Shown piece after piece: positions 9,403 through 21,344 of a DNA stretch of 64,000 bases. Below the pieces are notes generated by a model, which worked only from the letters and a program-made list of their open reading frames with translations, was not told where the DNA came from and ran no database searches. The position numbers and the translations under genes are program-made. Numbering within the stretch: position 1 is the first letter of the stretch; each line of letters starts with the position of its first letter. The stretch lies in assembly GCA_000004985.1 (NCBI GenBank), contig GG738905.1; one strand, given 5' to 3'. The stretch is from Naegleria gruberi. Taxonomy: Eukaryota.

Positions 9403-9626
9403 GAAACCAATCCTTAAAAACCATAGTCGAGTGTAAATAAAACTAATCAAAAATTTATTGAAATTGTTCCAGATAAATTTATTAGAATTCTAGAAATAAT
9501 AAGTATTGTATCAACTGATTGTCAATGGAAAGAGGTATGAATAAACAATAAATCCCAACATATTGCTTATTGAACAGAAAGAGATAAGGAACAATAGATC
9601 TTTGAAAGTTGCGAATTTGATAGAAT

Positions 9627-12600
9627 TTATAAATCTAAATTTTGATTTGTTGGCCCTATCATTACAGATGGCTTGTTGCAAGCTTTTTCCATGATTTCTT
9701 TAAACCATAGTTCTTCCCTTACATTTTCAAAATCCTTGTCTTCTCTCAATTTCTGTTCTGACACGATATCAATGCAAGCCATTAATTCATTCTTGCATTC
9801 TTCCTTCTTATTAAAAATAGCGTTTAAGCAGGCAAGATTGTAATGTGAGAGAGAAGTGTTTTTGAGACACTTGAATCCAACTTTTGCTCTTTCGTATAAA
9901 TATTCAAGATTAGAATTGACTTGCTCAGGTGTACCAATTGTAGATGTTACTGCTCTCTCTCCATTCTTGATTTCATTCAAAATAACCTCTGCCTTCATGA
10001 GGAAAGCTATGGCACATCTACAAATACATCCATCATTATTAGGCTCCAATATCATTGCTTGTTCATATTGAGCTATCGATTGTTCAAGTAATTGATATCT
10101 ATCCATACCCAGCTCTTCTTTCGACTCTTGAAGCAGCATATTACCATAATTGTTTCTAGCAATAACAAAATCTTTGATCTCAATGCATCTTCTAAATAAA
10201 TCACATGCAATATCTACAAGTCTTTTTCTTTCAATGTTGGTTTCCATCTCTTGTTCTCTAGTTAGTTTTAAGGAATGTTTTCTGACTTTTAAAAGATCAA
10301 TTTTTAACTTCTCATTAAAGCCCTTGTTATTAAGTGCATGGAAGTATTCAGGTTTGATATTGAGGCACTTGTCATAAAGCTTGGAGCTTTCATCAAGATA
10401 ACCATCAATCACTTTTCTTTCTCTTTCAAATTCATCATATGTTAATTCTTTCAAATCAGTAGATGTGTAAAAACCCGAAAGCAGTGAACAATATGGGAAA
10501 AAGTTTGAAAGAGGAAGAGGAGTCGATGAGAAACCAATACCATTGCAAGGAGTTTTTGGAGACTTGCTACCTGAGTCAACTTCCAAGTGAATATGTGCAC
10601 CTTTTTTGAGGATTGAAGTAGATATTTTCAGCCTTTTCTTGAGGTGACGAATCTTTTTTTCTGCCCAATCACAATAACTAATTCCATAGTCGTTATAAGT
10701 ACCAATGTGAGATTTGATCTTGAGAGCTTCTTCAAACTTTTCATGAGCCATTCTGAATAATCTATCACTCAAGTCCATGTCTGCAACCTTAATGGCAATG
10801 TCACTACAAGTACCAGCCCATAGTGTCAATACCTCATCATTCTTTGGTGCATTTTTCATGCAAACATCAAACTTTTCCATACATTGATTCAACATGAAGG
10901 CCAAATAAAGTTGTGCCTCATTTGTTTTCAAGTTGTGAACAAGCTTCTCCAATCTGATCAGAGATACACACCAATTTCTTGCAGCCGTCCAATTCTTGTC
11001 ATTATACATGAGACATGTTTCATAATTGTCCATACAGAGCATCCATAACATTCTCTTCTTGTAGACATTGTTGGCCTTGTCAGCTGCATTGAAGAGATTG
11101 TTTGCTTTTCTGAGGAATTGTGTCGACTTGTTCTTGATCTTTTCTTCCTCTTCCTTCTTTTTCCTTTCATCCTCTTCTTTTTGAAGCTTTTCTATTTCTT
11201 CTTTTGTTGGAGGTTTGATTTCTGTTTGCTCATTATTGGTGGCTTGGCTCTCTTTCTGAGATAGGTTACTTTGATCCTGCTTTTGATTATCGTTCTGTGT
11301 TGGTGGAGGCACAGCTGCTGTAGATGAGGAAGAAGGTGTTGCTGCATTAGTTGTTGTCTGATCAGTTGGTGGTGGAGCAGTAGGTGCTGTGTTAGTTGTG
11401 GGTGTTGCTGAATTGGATGGTTGTTCTGGTGGAGTTGGAGGTGGTAAGAAAGTCTTCTCATAGATGATTCTCTTCTTGTGAACATATTTCCATGTTACTT
11501 GTTCGCCATAGACTGCATCTTCATCATCTTTTTGGTCTGACTTTGAGCTGGAGGTCATTGAAATATTACGAAGCATATTCTTGTAATAAGAAAGGTCGTA
11601 CGCCTGTTTTTCATATCTACTCTTGTAAAGGTTAAACCACAAAAAGTCGTAATTACTCAATTCATTAAACTTCCTTGATGTGAGAGAAACATCAGCCAGG
11701 GCCTTTTCGTCAAGATATTCGAATATCTTTAGTAAAAGTTCTGTAAGAATGTAAGCATTTTCATTGTGTAACGAAGAGGCAACTTGTCTAATGCTACTAA
11801 TCCATTGTAGTGTTTCACTCTCATTGGTTGCTTCAAAAACAAGTCTATCCTCAGCTATTGCGTTGGCAGTAATTGATTCATATTTCATATCTGTACAGGT
11901 CATTTCTTCATCAACGTTTGGTGAATACGAAGGTGATGCATTCTCTGATCTACTTGTACCATCTGTTGGTGGAGATTTACAACTACTTTCCCAATGCATC
12001 TTTACACATTGAGTATCATTGTCGTTATTGATTGTTTTTTCATTCGATTTTTCTATGTACACACTAAAGGTGGTAGATGAAAGAGGATCTACCAAAACTT
12101 TACCAAGACAAACTCTATCATCCAAATAGATGGTACCAATCAGATGAGCAGAATACTTATCACAAATTGGTATCACATTGTTGGTAATAGCCTGGTTGGT
12201 ATTTGAAATATCACTCAAAGACTGCAGTAATTGTTGTTGTTGTTCTACTTGATTCTGATAGAAAGAGTTGTCAAAGAGTTTAGGAGTGAAAAGTTGTATC
12301 TTTTTAGAGCTCAGTATACAAATAACTGGCTCTTTCATTTGCAATCTGTCAATATGAGATTCTGGACAAACTTGGTAGTGGTGGAACATTAGATAGCCTT
12401 GCTTTCTAATGGTTTTGTTTGGTGTCTTCATCTTTTTCTTTCTCATTTCTAGAGGCTTGGTTTGATTGAGGTCTTGAGGAGATTCTACACTTGTATCCAT
12501 CGAGTCAGCATGGAGGGAGGTTTGTATTATTGTACAGTTATTATTGTTCTGATTATTTAGGGAGGATTGGAGAGAAAAGGTTTCAAGTGCTGATAAACGT

Positions 12601-12719
12601 CTCTTCAAGGGATGATTCAACACTAAAGATTTGATAACGTCTTGTTGTGAAGGAGATTGTCGAGTGATTGTCTGCTGATTATTATTGAGCAGGGACGATG
12701 AGCTTGGAGGAGGTGTCAT
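9627..12719 (-). CDS. large F-box-like protein (1030 aa) with low-complexity Pro/Thr/Gln tracts
   Basis: An F-box-like segment LTELLLKIFEYLDEKALADVSLTSRKFNELSNYDFLWFNLY lies mid-protein. It is a single long ORF, and the rest is not recognisable. Confidence 0.45.
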   Translation of the reverse strand: MTPPPSSSSLLNNNQQTITRQSPSQQDVIKSLVLNHPLKRRLSALETFSLQSSLNNQNNNNCTIIQTSLHADSMDTSVESPQDLNQTKPLEMRKKKMKTPNKTIRKQGYLMFHHYQVCPESHIDRLQMKEPVICILSSKKIQLFTPKLFDNSFYQNQVEQQQQLLQSLSDISNTNQAITNNVIPICDKYSAHLIGTIYLDDRVCLGKVLVDPLSSTTFSVYIEKSNEKTINNDNDTQCVKMHWESSCKSPPTDGTSRSENASPSYSPNVDEEMTCTDMKYESITANAIAEDRLVFEATNESETLQWISSIRQVASSLHNENAYILTELLLKIFEYLDEKALADVSLTSRKFNELSNYDFLWFNLYKSRYEKQAYDLSYYKNMLRNISMTSSSKSDQKDDEDAVYGEQVTWKYVHKKRIIYEKTFLPPPTPPEQPSNSATPTTNTAPTAPPPTDQTTTNAATPSSSSTAAVPPPTQNDNQKQDQSNLSQKESQATNNEQTEIKPPTKEEIEKLQKEEDERKKKEEEEKIKNKSTQFLRKANNLFNAADKANNVYKKRMLWMLCMDNYETCLMYNDKNWTAARNWCVSLIRLEKLVHNLKTNEAQLYLAFMLNQCMEKFDVCMKNAPKNDEVLTLWAGTCSDIAIKVADMDLSDRLFRMAHEKFEEALKIKSHIGTYNDYGISYCDWAEKKIRHLKKRLKISTSILKKGAHIHLEVDSGSKSPKTPCNGIGFSSTPLPLSNFFPYCSLLSGFYTSTDLKELTYDEFERERKVIDGYLDESSKLYDKCLNIKPEYFHALNNKGFNEKLKIDLLKVRKHSLKLTREQEMETNIERKRLVDIACDLFRRCIEIKDFVIARNNYGNMLLQESKEELGMDRYQLLEQSIAQYEQAMILEPNNDGCICRCAIAFLMKAEVILNEIKNGERAVTSTIGTPEQVNSNLEYLYERAKVGFKCLKNTSLSHYNLACLNAIFNKKEECKNELMACIDIVSEQKLREDKDFENVREELWFKEIMEKACNKPSVMIGPTNQNLDL

Positions 12720-13901
12720 TGGAAATTAGGGATTAAGATGGTGTGTAGTACTACAATAGTAGGGTAACCACCACTATTAATAAATTAATACTATTGTTGT
12801 GTTGCTTAATGAAAATTAAGTGGTGATTATTGCAGTGAGTTTCTGCAATGTGTGATGATGATAATCAAGAATCTTATTCTTCTGTTGTTGCTGTGTTGTT
12901 GTTCAGATAATTCTTTTTGAGAATTTATCGCGTCTTTTGAGGTAAATTGGTTTGTTACGTTAGTTAACTCTCAAAAAGCGAAAATAGGGGAATCAAATAT
13001 GGAACCGTATTTAGATCGATAACAATAACCAGTCCAAAACACAATGCAAGAGGTGTGACTTGTTGATTTCAGTTAGATGTATTCTTGGTTGACAAGATGA
13101 AAATAAATTCCGGTTTGTTGGAACAAGTTAATATAATGCACTGTGAGAAGAGATGAGAAGAGGATGGTAGGAAGGTGGTGGTTAGATAATGGTGTTATTC
13201 AATTAAAGACAAGATGATGATAGTGTTGACAAAGTCAATGAATAAACCACCACAGCAGTGCAATAGCGTTGTTGTTTGGTAATTTTTTGTGATGAAAATA
13301 CCTAAAGCGTTGGAAAAGGTATTGACAAACAAAAAGTATCGAATGATTTCGGTGATGTGTCGGCTGGGCTTGGTTCACAAGTTGAACACTCTTTTTATGT
13401 TGTCTTGTTTGTGGGATAACGAAAAACAAGAGGGATCCTTGCAGAGAACGTTGTTATTGTGCTACTTTTTTACTTCTGGATGTCAGTCGAGTCGCAAGTA
13501 TTTCCACTGGCTGAAAAGTGGAGATAATGGGTTTCAAATCGATGATTTTCATAACCCATGAAAGTAGTGAACGTAAGAATAAGAGTGAACTGGTGGCAGC
13601 TATGGCTAGAGATGGTCACAATCGCAAACAAAAACACCACAAATAGAGAGTTCACAAACAAGACTGGATGTGTGACTCGTGTTTGGTTGACTTCTCTTTT
13701 TGTACTGTGGTTGTAATATTGATAATATTTTGTTTATTGTGGTGAGTAAATTGAGAATGTCATTAAATCATCCCAATAATAAAGGTGAACTAGAGTGATT
13801 GTATATTTCCTACAGTATTAATATCCAAAATTTGATCCAACAAGTACTAAGGATGTTGTAATTATTATTGTTTGTTTAAAAATCAGTACTATCGGAAGGA
13901 G

Positions 13902-14315
13902 TTAAGCAGTCTTCTTGACAGCAGCCTTTTCAGGGTTTTTTGGTGTGGTATGTGAAACGTATGGCTTTAACTATTTTTTAAATGTTCCAAAACAATAGAA
14001 GAATTTCCAATATTATTGTTGTTATTATTATTTTAAATAATTCAATTTCAATCCACAAAATATTTAAATATAATCAAAGTAATGTGGATGATGGTAAACA
14101 TGATTAAATATTTCCAATAACAAATTAATTTTAAATGAACGTACTTTAAAGTCGGAAAGGTCTGGGCTAGCAAAGATTGGTACCTTTTCCTTTTCGAACA
14201 TAAAGTAACCATTTCTTTGAGAGTAATGACCCATTAATTTCTTTGGTTGTCTGGCAATGTTTGGTTGTTTTCCTCTTCGGAGAACTTGAAGAATAGATGA
14301 TGATGAAAGTCTCAT
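13902..14315 (-). CDS. mitochondrial ribosomal protein mL41 (MRPL41 / yeast MRPL27 family), 2 exons
   Basis: Exon 1 (14315..14145) ends KVPIFASPDLSDFK and exon 2 (13969..13902) reads LKPYVSHTTPKNPEKAAVKKTA. Together they match the PEFVVPDLTGFKLKPYVSY core of mL41. The intron runs 13970..14144 (175 bp, GTACGT...ATAG). The gene is divergent from the uS3 gene. Confidence 0.6.
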
Positions 14316-14747
14316 TTTTTATTTAAAAGCAATTTTATTTTTAATTGTTTGTAGTTATTCAATCTGTTTGTTTTCATAAGAAGTACTTCGTTCTACTATC
14401 ATCTCTTCTTACCATCATCATTCTACGAGGAGGAACAATATGCAATTGGTGAAGTAAATATTTAAATCCGAAAAGTTTTTGAAGAAAATTGAAAGGTAAT
14501 CTTCACACAAAGTTAAATATTCACAATGTTATTACTCTATCCACCAAGCATGTTCTTATTACTAGCCAATTTTATGTACATGATCAGAGTACGGACAGAG
14601 TATAGGGCAGTCGTCAAATTGTTTTGCTGCGAGTATCATGCTGGGAAATGAGGTTGTTGTTGAAATGTTCTTCTAAAAAATTTTTCATTGTAAAATACAA
14701 AAATACACGGTCAATATTAAAAATTGTTTGAAAAAAATTGCCAAAAA

Positions 14748-14848
14748 GTAAGTGCCTTACCTGCTTCTACGTTCTCTGACACGGGCTTATGAATTGTTGT
14801 TCTAATAATTTTCTTGAATAATAATTAATTTACTAACATCATCTACAG
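14748..14848 (+). other. 5'UTR intron of the uS3 gene (101 bp)
   Basis: GTAAGT at 14748, a TACTAAC branch-point-like motif at 14831, and an AG at 14847-14848 immediately before the ATG region. No in-frame ATG lies upstream. Confidence 0.5.
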
Positions 14849-14853
14849 ATAAC

Positions 14854-15540
14854 ATGGTCATCCAAGCTAACATTAACAAGAAGAAACACTTTGTTCACCA
14901 AGGTCTCTTGTACGCTGAATTGAACGAATTCTTGAAGAGAGAATTGGCCGAAGATGGTTACTCTGGTGTTGAAGTCAGAGCTACTGTTGCCAGAACTGAA
15001 ATCATCATCCGTGCTACTCGTCCACAAACTGTCGTTGGTGATAACGGAAGAAGAATGAAGGAATTGACTTCAGTCATCCAAAAGAGATTCGGTTTCGAAG
15101 AAGGTAAGATCGAATTGTACGCTGAAAACGTCAAGAATAAGGGTTTGTCTGCCATTGCTCAAGCTGAATCCCTCAAGCAAAAGTTGATGGAAGGTGTTGC
15201 TGTTAGAAAGGCTTGTTATGGTGTCTTGAGATTCGTTATGGATTCTGGTGCTAAGGGTGGTGCTGTTATTGTCTCTGGTAAGCTCAGAGCTCAAAGAGCT
15301 AAGTCCATGAAGTTCGCTGAAGGATACATGATTAGAACTGGTCAACCAGTCAAGGATTACGTTGATATTGCTGTTCGTCACGTATACATGAAGCAAGGTG
15401 TTTTGGGTATCAAGGTTAAGGTTATGCTTCCATGGGTTGTCGGTACTCAAGCCGGTTCCAACCAAAAGCCACAACCAGACGTTGTCTCTGTCCACGAACC
15501 AAAGGAAGATCTCTCCGTCCCAACTGTTGCCCATGATTAA
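14854..15540 (+). CDS. RPS3: 40S ribosomal protein S3 (uS3)
   Basis: The 228-aa protein is collinear with eukaryotic uS3 ([66 protein letters not shown]; KH domain). Codon usage is strongly biased (AGA, GGT, GCT, TTG, AAG). Confidence 0.9.
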   Translation: MVIQANINKKKHFVHQGLLYAELNEFLKRELAEDGYSGVEVRATVARTEIIIRATRPQTVVGDNGRRMKELTSVIQKRFGFEEGKIELYAENVKNKGLSAIAQAESLKQKLMEGVAVRKACYGVLRFVMDSGAKGGAVIVSGKLRAQRAKSMKFAEGYMIRTGQPVKDYVDIAVRHVYMKQGVLGIKVKVMLPWVVGTQAGSNQKPQPDVVSVHEPKEDLSVPTVAHD

Positions 15541-15677
15541 ATTTTCTCTCATAAAAATATAAAAAAAATAATTATTCAAATATTTATTTTGTTGTTATCA
15601 AATTTCTAGTATAATTTTACATATTAAATTCACATAAAGGAGAACTTGGTTTTAATTTTCTCCTTTCATAATAAAAA

Positions 15678-17197
15678 ATGTCAATTCAACCATCTGTTGA
15701 TTCATCAGAGTGGCACTATAAATGTGAAGGACTCGGAAATGTAATTTTGGGATATTGTGGAAATAATCCAAGAGTAGGTTTTGAAGATTTCATATATTAA
15801 ATGATTGTGGATAGTTTGTAGGAAGAGTTTTGAGAGTGAGAAAATGTCCTCGTTCCGAACTAACATCCAACAAATCAACCATGGATGAAATGTATTCAAA
15901 ATCGGAGGGAATAATTTCCAGAGAAGATTATTTAACAATTTATGTTAGAGATGTTATTGGATCACTCTTTTCTACTTGCTATCCGAATAATAGTGGATTA
16001 GTTGATGCTGGTGTATGTTTTTGGATTTTTACGTTGTGATCATAATTCATTTAGGAAACCATTTCTTTGAGTAGAGAATTTCTAAGAGAAATGAAAAGTA
16101 AAATTGATCTTGTCAGACCTACTCAAATGTTGGAATACAAATTAGATTTTGATATCAATGCTGATTGTGGAATGTTAATGCGTGATTTTACTTATAACAG
16201 AAAACATACTCAAAAAACCAATAGTGATGATGCCACATTTTGTGTAGAGTTTAAACCAAAGTGGGGAATGATTTGTAGATCAGAATTTATCAAGGATGAA
16301 AACAAGCCATTGAAATATGAAACTTGTAGATTTTGTTGTCAACAATTAACAAAACTCAAACAAGGGCTCATCACTAGTTTTACTAAATTTTGCCCAACAA
16401 ATTTATTTTCCAGTGAAGAGGCACGAGTTAGAAAAGCCATTGAGGACTTGATTCAAAATCCACAAAATAATATGAAAATTTACATTAATGGAGAGTTGAA
16501 TTGGTTTGATGACAATAATATTCCAAACAGAGATTTTAAGGAGGAGCTGATTTCCACTCTGACTAAATATCATATTGACAATTTGGATACATTTATTAAG
16601 AGATTAATTTTCTGCATTTTAGATTCGAATATTATGGAATGTGTTCAGAGAATGCAAATGTTAGATCGATTTGATATTGAATTTGTTGCAAAGTATGTTT
16701 ACCCACCACTCAAGGATAAGTACAAGAGTGATGAAGTAATTCAAGCCAAATTATTCGATTGGAAGACTATTCCTGAATGGATTGAGCCTCTCAAAGCTGA
16801 ATTATCTTCAATGGACAACAAGTGCAAGGAATTCATTTGTACTTTGAGTGGATTCTCAAAGGATGTATCACTCACTTTGGAAAATGAGTTGCAAGCTCAT
16901 CATCCATATACTAATATCAAACCTCATTTGAAATCTTTGGATGAATTTGTAAAGGAGTGTACTATTGAGAATGAGGAGTTTTTGTGGCACATTTTGAGAA
17001 TGTACCTCATAGCTCATGGTATTAAGGATTGTTCAGTCATGATTACCTTTAATGTGACTCGAGGAGAGAATCAATTAGATCATGATTATGATATTGGAGT
17101 TGTGGATTTGGATCCAAAGCTTGTTTCTAAAGTCACAAGTTATTTAGTTCAAGATCAAGACATTGTTACTCGATTCATGGAAAGTAATACAGTCTAA
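15678..17197 (+). CDS. IPK1: inositol-pentakisphosphate 2-kinase (IPK1/IPPK), 3 exons separated by 41- and 42-bp introns
   Basis: EWHYKCEGLGNVILGY matches the EWxYxGEGxxNxV motif, CVEFKPKWGMI matches EIKPKW, and CRFCCQQLTK, FCPTNLFS, NMKIYINGEL and a C-terminal VVDLDPK follow, all collinear with IPPK. The exons are 15678..15773, 15815..16012 and 16055..17197. The introns start GTAGGT and GTATGT and end ATAG and TTAG. Confidence 0.65.
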
Positions 17198-17681
17198 CAT
17201 TTAATAACGTTGCAATATACCAAACTTCAACCCCTTACACTTTCTTTAACAGTCAACACTTACTTGAATAATGGATACACTAAAATTGAATTAGTTACAA
17301 ATCAACCAATTTTTGCTGATTTTGTTTGAAAATGGTTGATAGTACCTGCACCTTTGAAGACAATTGAAGATTTATTGAAAATAAATACACTTGCGTCATT
17401 AGAACAGAAATTTGATGGATTCTTAAAATAAACTCGCGCTTTGCATGTAATTACATTGTAAGAATTAAATTCAAATTAAAAAAATCAATTACAATTCTCC
17501 TCCTTTGCTGTTGGTGTATTATTAAACATTGAATATTTTCGTAGCATAGAGAAGTATATTCAAAAAACCTGTTTATTATTATATTAAAGAGAAGTATTCC
17601 GAACACAAATCGGTTGGTTGAAATTAAGGCTAAAAAGAAGTAAGGCTTTGTATAAAGAGAAAAACGAAACTCTAAATCAAA

Positions 17682-18260
17682 ATGGAAGATACAATCATGA
17701 TGGATTTGAAAATAACTCTAGTAGATAGGGAATCCTACTTGTATGATATCAGTTTGTCTCCACCATCATCCTCTCAAGATTATTGTTGTTCCTCTCCGAG
17801 TAATGAATTAATGATGCTTGAAGATGAATATTATCAACATCCAGATACAATTGCTCATCATGATGCTGATTTTTCATGTCTTCCTGATGAGTTACTCATG
17901 GAAATATTTTCCTATCTTTCTCCAATTCCAAATTATATTCGATTGAGGAGGTTGAACAAGGATTGGAAAGTGTATTTTGAGAAGATTCTGACTAGACAAG
18001 TTTCCTTTCATTTGGCCTACTCACAATGGATAGATATTGCAAGTGTGTCTATGCATAACTTGTCGGAAACTATGAAATTATTGCCGAATGTTGAACAAGT
18101 TGTCGTTTATAATATTAATAATATCGAGGATTGCAGTCTTTTTAGATTATTCAAGAAGAATTTCAAAAAACTAAAGAGAATCAAGTTTACCAATTGCATT
18201 TTCAGAAATTGTGTTTGGTTAGTGATTCCATCATTGCGTAAGTTTGAAATGAGTAATTAA
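17682..18260 (+). CDS. small F-box-like protein
   Basis: LPDELLMEIFSYLSPIPNYIRLRRLNKDWKVYF resembles an F-box. The protein is 192 aa. Confidence 0.4.
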   Translation: MEDTIMMDLKITLVDRESYLYDISLSPPSSSQDYCCSSPSNELMMLEDEYYQHPDTIAHHDADFSCLPDELLMEIFSYLSPIPNYIRLRRLNKDWKVYFEKILTRQVSFHLAYSQWIDIASVSMHNLSETMKLLPNVEQVVVYNINNIEDCSLFRLFKKNFKKLKRIKFTNCIFRNCVWLVIPSLRKFEMSN

Positions 18261-18432
18261 TAATTGAAATAACTTGAAAAAAAGAGGTTTGTGAATTTGA
18301 AAATTCAATAGGAGAAAGAACCATTATCGGAAAGAGTTATCAAGAGGATTGTGGAACTATATTTTCGAGTCAATATATAAATCCACTCATGTCTATTGAG
18401 GCAACGAGTGAGATATTCTAATAATTGTAAAT

Positions 18433-19104
18433 TTATTTGGCTTGAGGATGAGTTTTAGCAAAAGCATCCATTTGAATCAAATTAGAATACACCTTATTGG
18501 TAATTGGGAATTCAGTATCAACCTTAATGGAAGTTCTAGTCTTGGCAACAAAAACTTGAGGAACGAGACAAATATCAGCCAAGCTCAATTTACCATATTG
18601 TGGAACACAGAATTTGTATTCATCATCATTCAATTGAGTTGGATAATTTTCAGCTAAAATCTTTTCAATAACAGTCAACCCATTTCTAATCCAAAATTCC
18701 ATCCATTCAGTTCTCTTTTCTTCTGGCAACATTCTAATAGCTTTACCATTGTGCATTGGTTGAATTCCTGAATTAATAATTTCGGCAATTTGTCTAACTT
18801 TGAAAGCAAGCAAATGATCTTTTGGAATTAAATCACCACCTTCTTGTGGAAATTCAACATCCAAATATTCAATGATCGGAATGGATTGTGTTAATGTTTG
18901 TCCATTAATTTCAAGACATGGAACTTGTCCCATTGGATTTACTTTTCTATATTCTTCCTTTTCATTGTCTTTTTCGAGGAGAGAAACTTCATGAATTGTT
19001 GTCTTTTCCCACAATTGTTTATGATGAAGAGCTGCACGTACTCTCCATGATGAAGAAGATGGTTTGAAGGAGTGGAGTGTAATTAATTCTTGTTGTTGAG
19101 ACAT
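18433..19104 (-). CDS. glutathione S-transferase zeta / maleylacetoacetate isomerase
   Basis: SWRVRAALHHK, NPMGQVPCLEINGQTLTQSIPIIEYLDVEFP and IINSGIQPMHN match the GST zeta signature (SSCSWRVRIAL...QS.AIIEYL...SGIQP). Confidence 0.7.
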   Translation of the reverse strand: MSQQQELITLHSFKPSSSSWRVRAALHHKQLWEKTTIHEVSLLEKDNEKEEYRKVNPMGQVPCLEINGQTLTQSIPIIEYLDVEFPQEGGDLIPKDHLLAFKVRQIAEIINSGIQPMHNGKAIRMLPEEKRTEWMEFWIRNGLTVIEKILAENYPTQLNDDEYKFCVPQYGKLSLADICLVPQVFVAKTRTSIKVDTEFPITNKVYSNLIQMDAFAKTHPQAK

Positions 19105-19404
19105 TTTTAGAGGAGTTTTTTTGGAGTTTGATTGTTTATCACCGATCCAACAAATTACGCCACACTCCTTGGTATTAGATTGAGCTCATAATATTATTTG
19201 ATTGAATAAATTGATCAATAATAAATTGATTGTGGTTTGGTCGAATCGAAACTGAAGATTACCACCAACAAAGTGTGAATTTCCTTAATGATGTGAAAGA
19301 GATCAAGAGATCACACCAAATAAATTTACAAAAAGTGCACCATTGAAATGTTTAAAGTGTTTTGTTATTTATTGAATAGATCAATCAAAATAATAGAACA
19401 ACAT

Positions 19405-20306
19405 TTAGTGCAACCAAGCATGTCTTTCAATGACATCCAAAGCATCTTGGGAGATTTCAGAAGCTGATCTAGCTCTATTACAAGAAGTTGGAACATTGAA
19501 AACAGATTGATCTTGGAGAGTACTGTAAGCTTGGAAATTGAAGAATTCTTGGAAAGCAGTTCCAATACGACCACCCTTAGTGATAACATTGACAGGAACA
19601 CCAAAGTTTGGATTTGGAGCAATAACCAATCTAATATTGAATCCTCTGAGGGCTTCATTCCAGACTGAACACTTCAAACTACCACCAATAGTAACAGTTC
19701 CATTCAAAACAGCATTTTGAGCCAAACAGAAAGGTTGCAATTGACCATTAATTGGGAAACTCTTGCAAGTACCAGTGAGCTTATCATATTCATAACCAGT
19801 TTGCAAATCATGTCTAAAGTAGAGGGAAATACTCTTACGAGCAGGTTGGAAAGTTTCAATATCAGTTCTCTGTTGTTAAATATTTTAAATAGTTGTTGTA
19901 AAGAATATTATAGTATTATACATAATATGTTATCATAACATTATGAACAAGGTGCGGATACAAGTGCGATCGCAATATTTCATTGTTAAAGATAACATGT
20001 AATTTTTTGTAATCAAAATTTAAATAATTTAAATTAATACTATAATAATAAATTGTTACATACTTGCTTGTTGGTAGCAGCATCATACCAAATTCTTTCA
20101 ATGTCATCGAAAGCCTTTGAAGCATCGATAACGACAGCGCTAGTGATGAAAGCCTTGCTAATACAATGCTGTGAATAGTTTACATTCGAATAGTTTAGAA
20201 TAAATGTTAAATATGATGATCAATACAAAATAACACATACTTGTTGTTGAGCATAGGCAAAAGTGGCGATCAAAGCCAAAACAACGAGGGTTGAGATGAT
20301 TTTCAT
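19405..20306 (-). CDS. secreted protein of unknown function, 3 exons
   Basis: Exon 1 (20306..20241) encodes MKIISTLVVLALIATFAYAQQQ, a signal peptide. Exon 2 is 20158..20054 and exon 3 is 19869..19405. The introns are 82 and 184 bp, both starting GTATGT and ending CAG. The mature protein is Cys-containing. Confidence 0.5.
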
Positions 20307-20964
20307 TTTTTTTGACGGTAAATTGATTAGTGGCAGCTCGCTTCACTTTCCAACATCAAAGGCTGTTGTGAAATTGTTAACGAGAGAGCATCTTCTTGAT
20401 GGTGACTTTTTGAGGTTGGGTCTGTTTGTGGTGAAAAAAACAGAGCGGAGTGGTTTACAAAATGATAACTGGCATGTGATTGGTGTGGAGAGGTTTAAAA
20501 GTCCTTTGGCGGAACAGAGATTTTGAAGCATCCGATTCTGTTATCAACTCTTTCTGTTACAAATTATCGAAATGATGATCATATTGTTATTACAATATTT
20601 TATGTGTTTTACAATTGTATTTAATTATTTAAATGTTTAATTGACTTTAACAAACAGGTCGTAAATAAAGCTATTATGAAAGAGAAATTAGAGCAATAAA
20701 TGCTATCATTCGCGCCTAATAGCTTTTGTTAATGAATAGCAAGTGAATTGTTAATGGAATACACCAATGAAATTCAAAGTGGATTAAACTATTCAATGAT
20801 TGCTTGTATTGAAGAGTTGGTTTACAATTATTTGGCTTGTAATCTTTAAACAAGGGTTACGACAAACACACCAAAAAAATTGAAGGCTGTTTAAATGAGA
20901 TATGGTAACGATTTGGAACAAAGTTCAGTAAAAAAGTCAATTAATACTCAACTATTGACTCAAA

Positions 20965-21060
20965 AAATTAAAAATGAAAAATCTAGAAAAAAATGGGTAT
21001 TAATCTGAGGTTATTTAAAAAATAGATACACATCTTCAGTGTCTAAATTTTGAGAATCAA
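20965..21060 (+). repeat. short conserved element X, copy A; a direct copy lies at 27890..27975
   Basis: AAAATGAAAAAT...GGTAT(T/C)AATCTGAGGTTATTTAAAAA..ACACATCTT(C/A)AGTGTCTAAATTTTGAGA is ~85% identical between the two loci. Both lie just outside the tRNA-Gly inverted pair. Confidence 0.5.
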
Positions 21061-21139
21061 CTACCATCTAATGGTTACTACATACTATTCAAAAATTGAG
21101 AATGGACATTGAAAGTTGGATGAAAGAAAAAGAAGCGAC

Positions 21140-21210
21140 TGCGTCGACCGGGAATTGAACCCGGGTCACGGCGATGGCAACGCCGTATTCTACCACTAAA
21201 CCATCGACGC
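21140..21210 (-). tRNA. tRNA-Gly (anticodon GCC)
   Basis: The minus strand reads GCGTCGATGGTTTAGTGGTAGAATACGGCGTTGCCATCGCCGTGACCCGGGTTCAATTCCCGGTCGACGCA. It is identical to the copy at 27614..27684, and ~50 bp of 5' flank and ~80 bp of 3' flank are also inverted-repeated. Confidence 0.9.
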
Positions 21211-21344
21211 TTCACATTTATTTAGAATGTAACCTTAATTCGACACTAAGGGGATCGCTTTTATGTATTTATTTATTGAAAATTAAAATCTAAAAGCATA
21301 TGTGAAAAAACTCAAAACCTTATTAATTTCAATATTAAAGTTTT

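Noticed and set aside
20263-20526. 87-aa plus-strand ORF
   Set aside because: It lies antisense to exon 1, the signal-peptide exon, and the promoter region of the minus-strand secreted-protein gene (19405..20306). It has no motif and poor codon usage.
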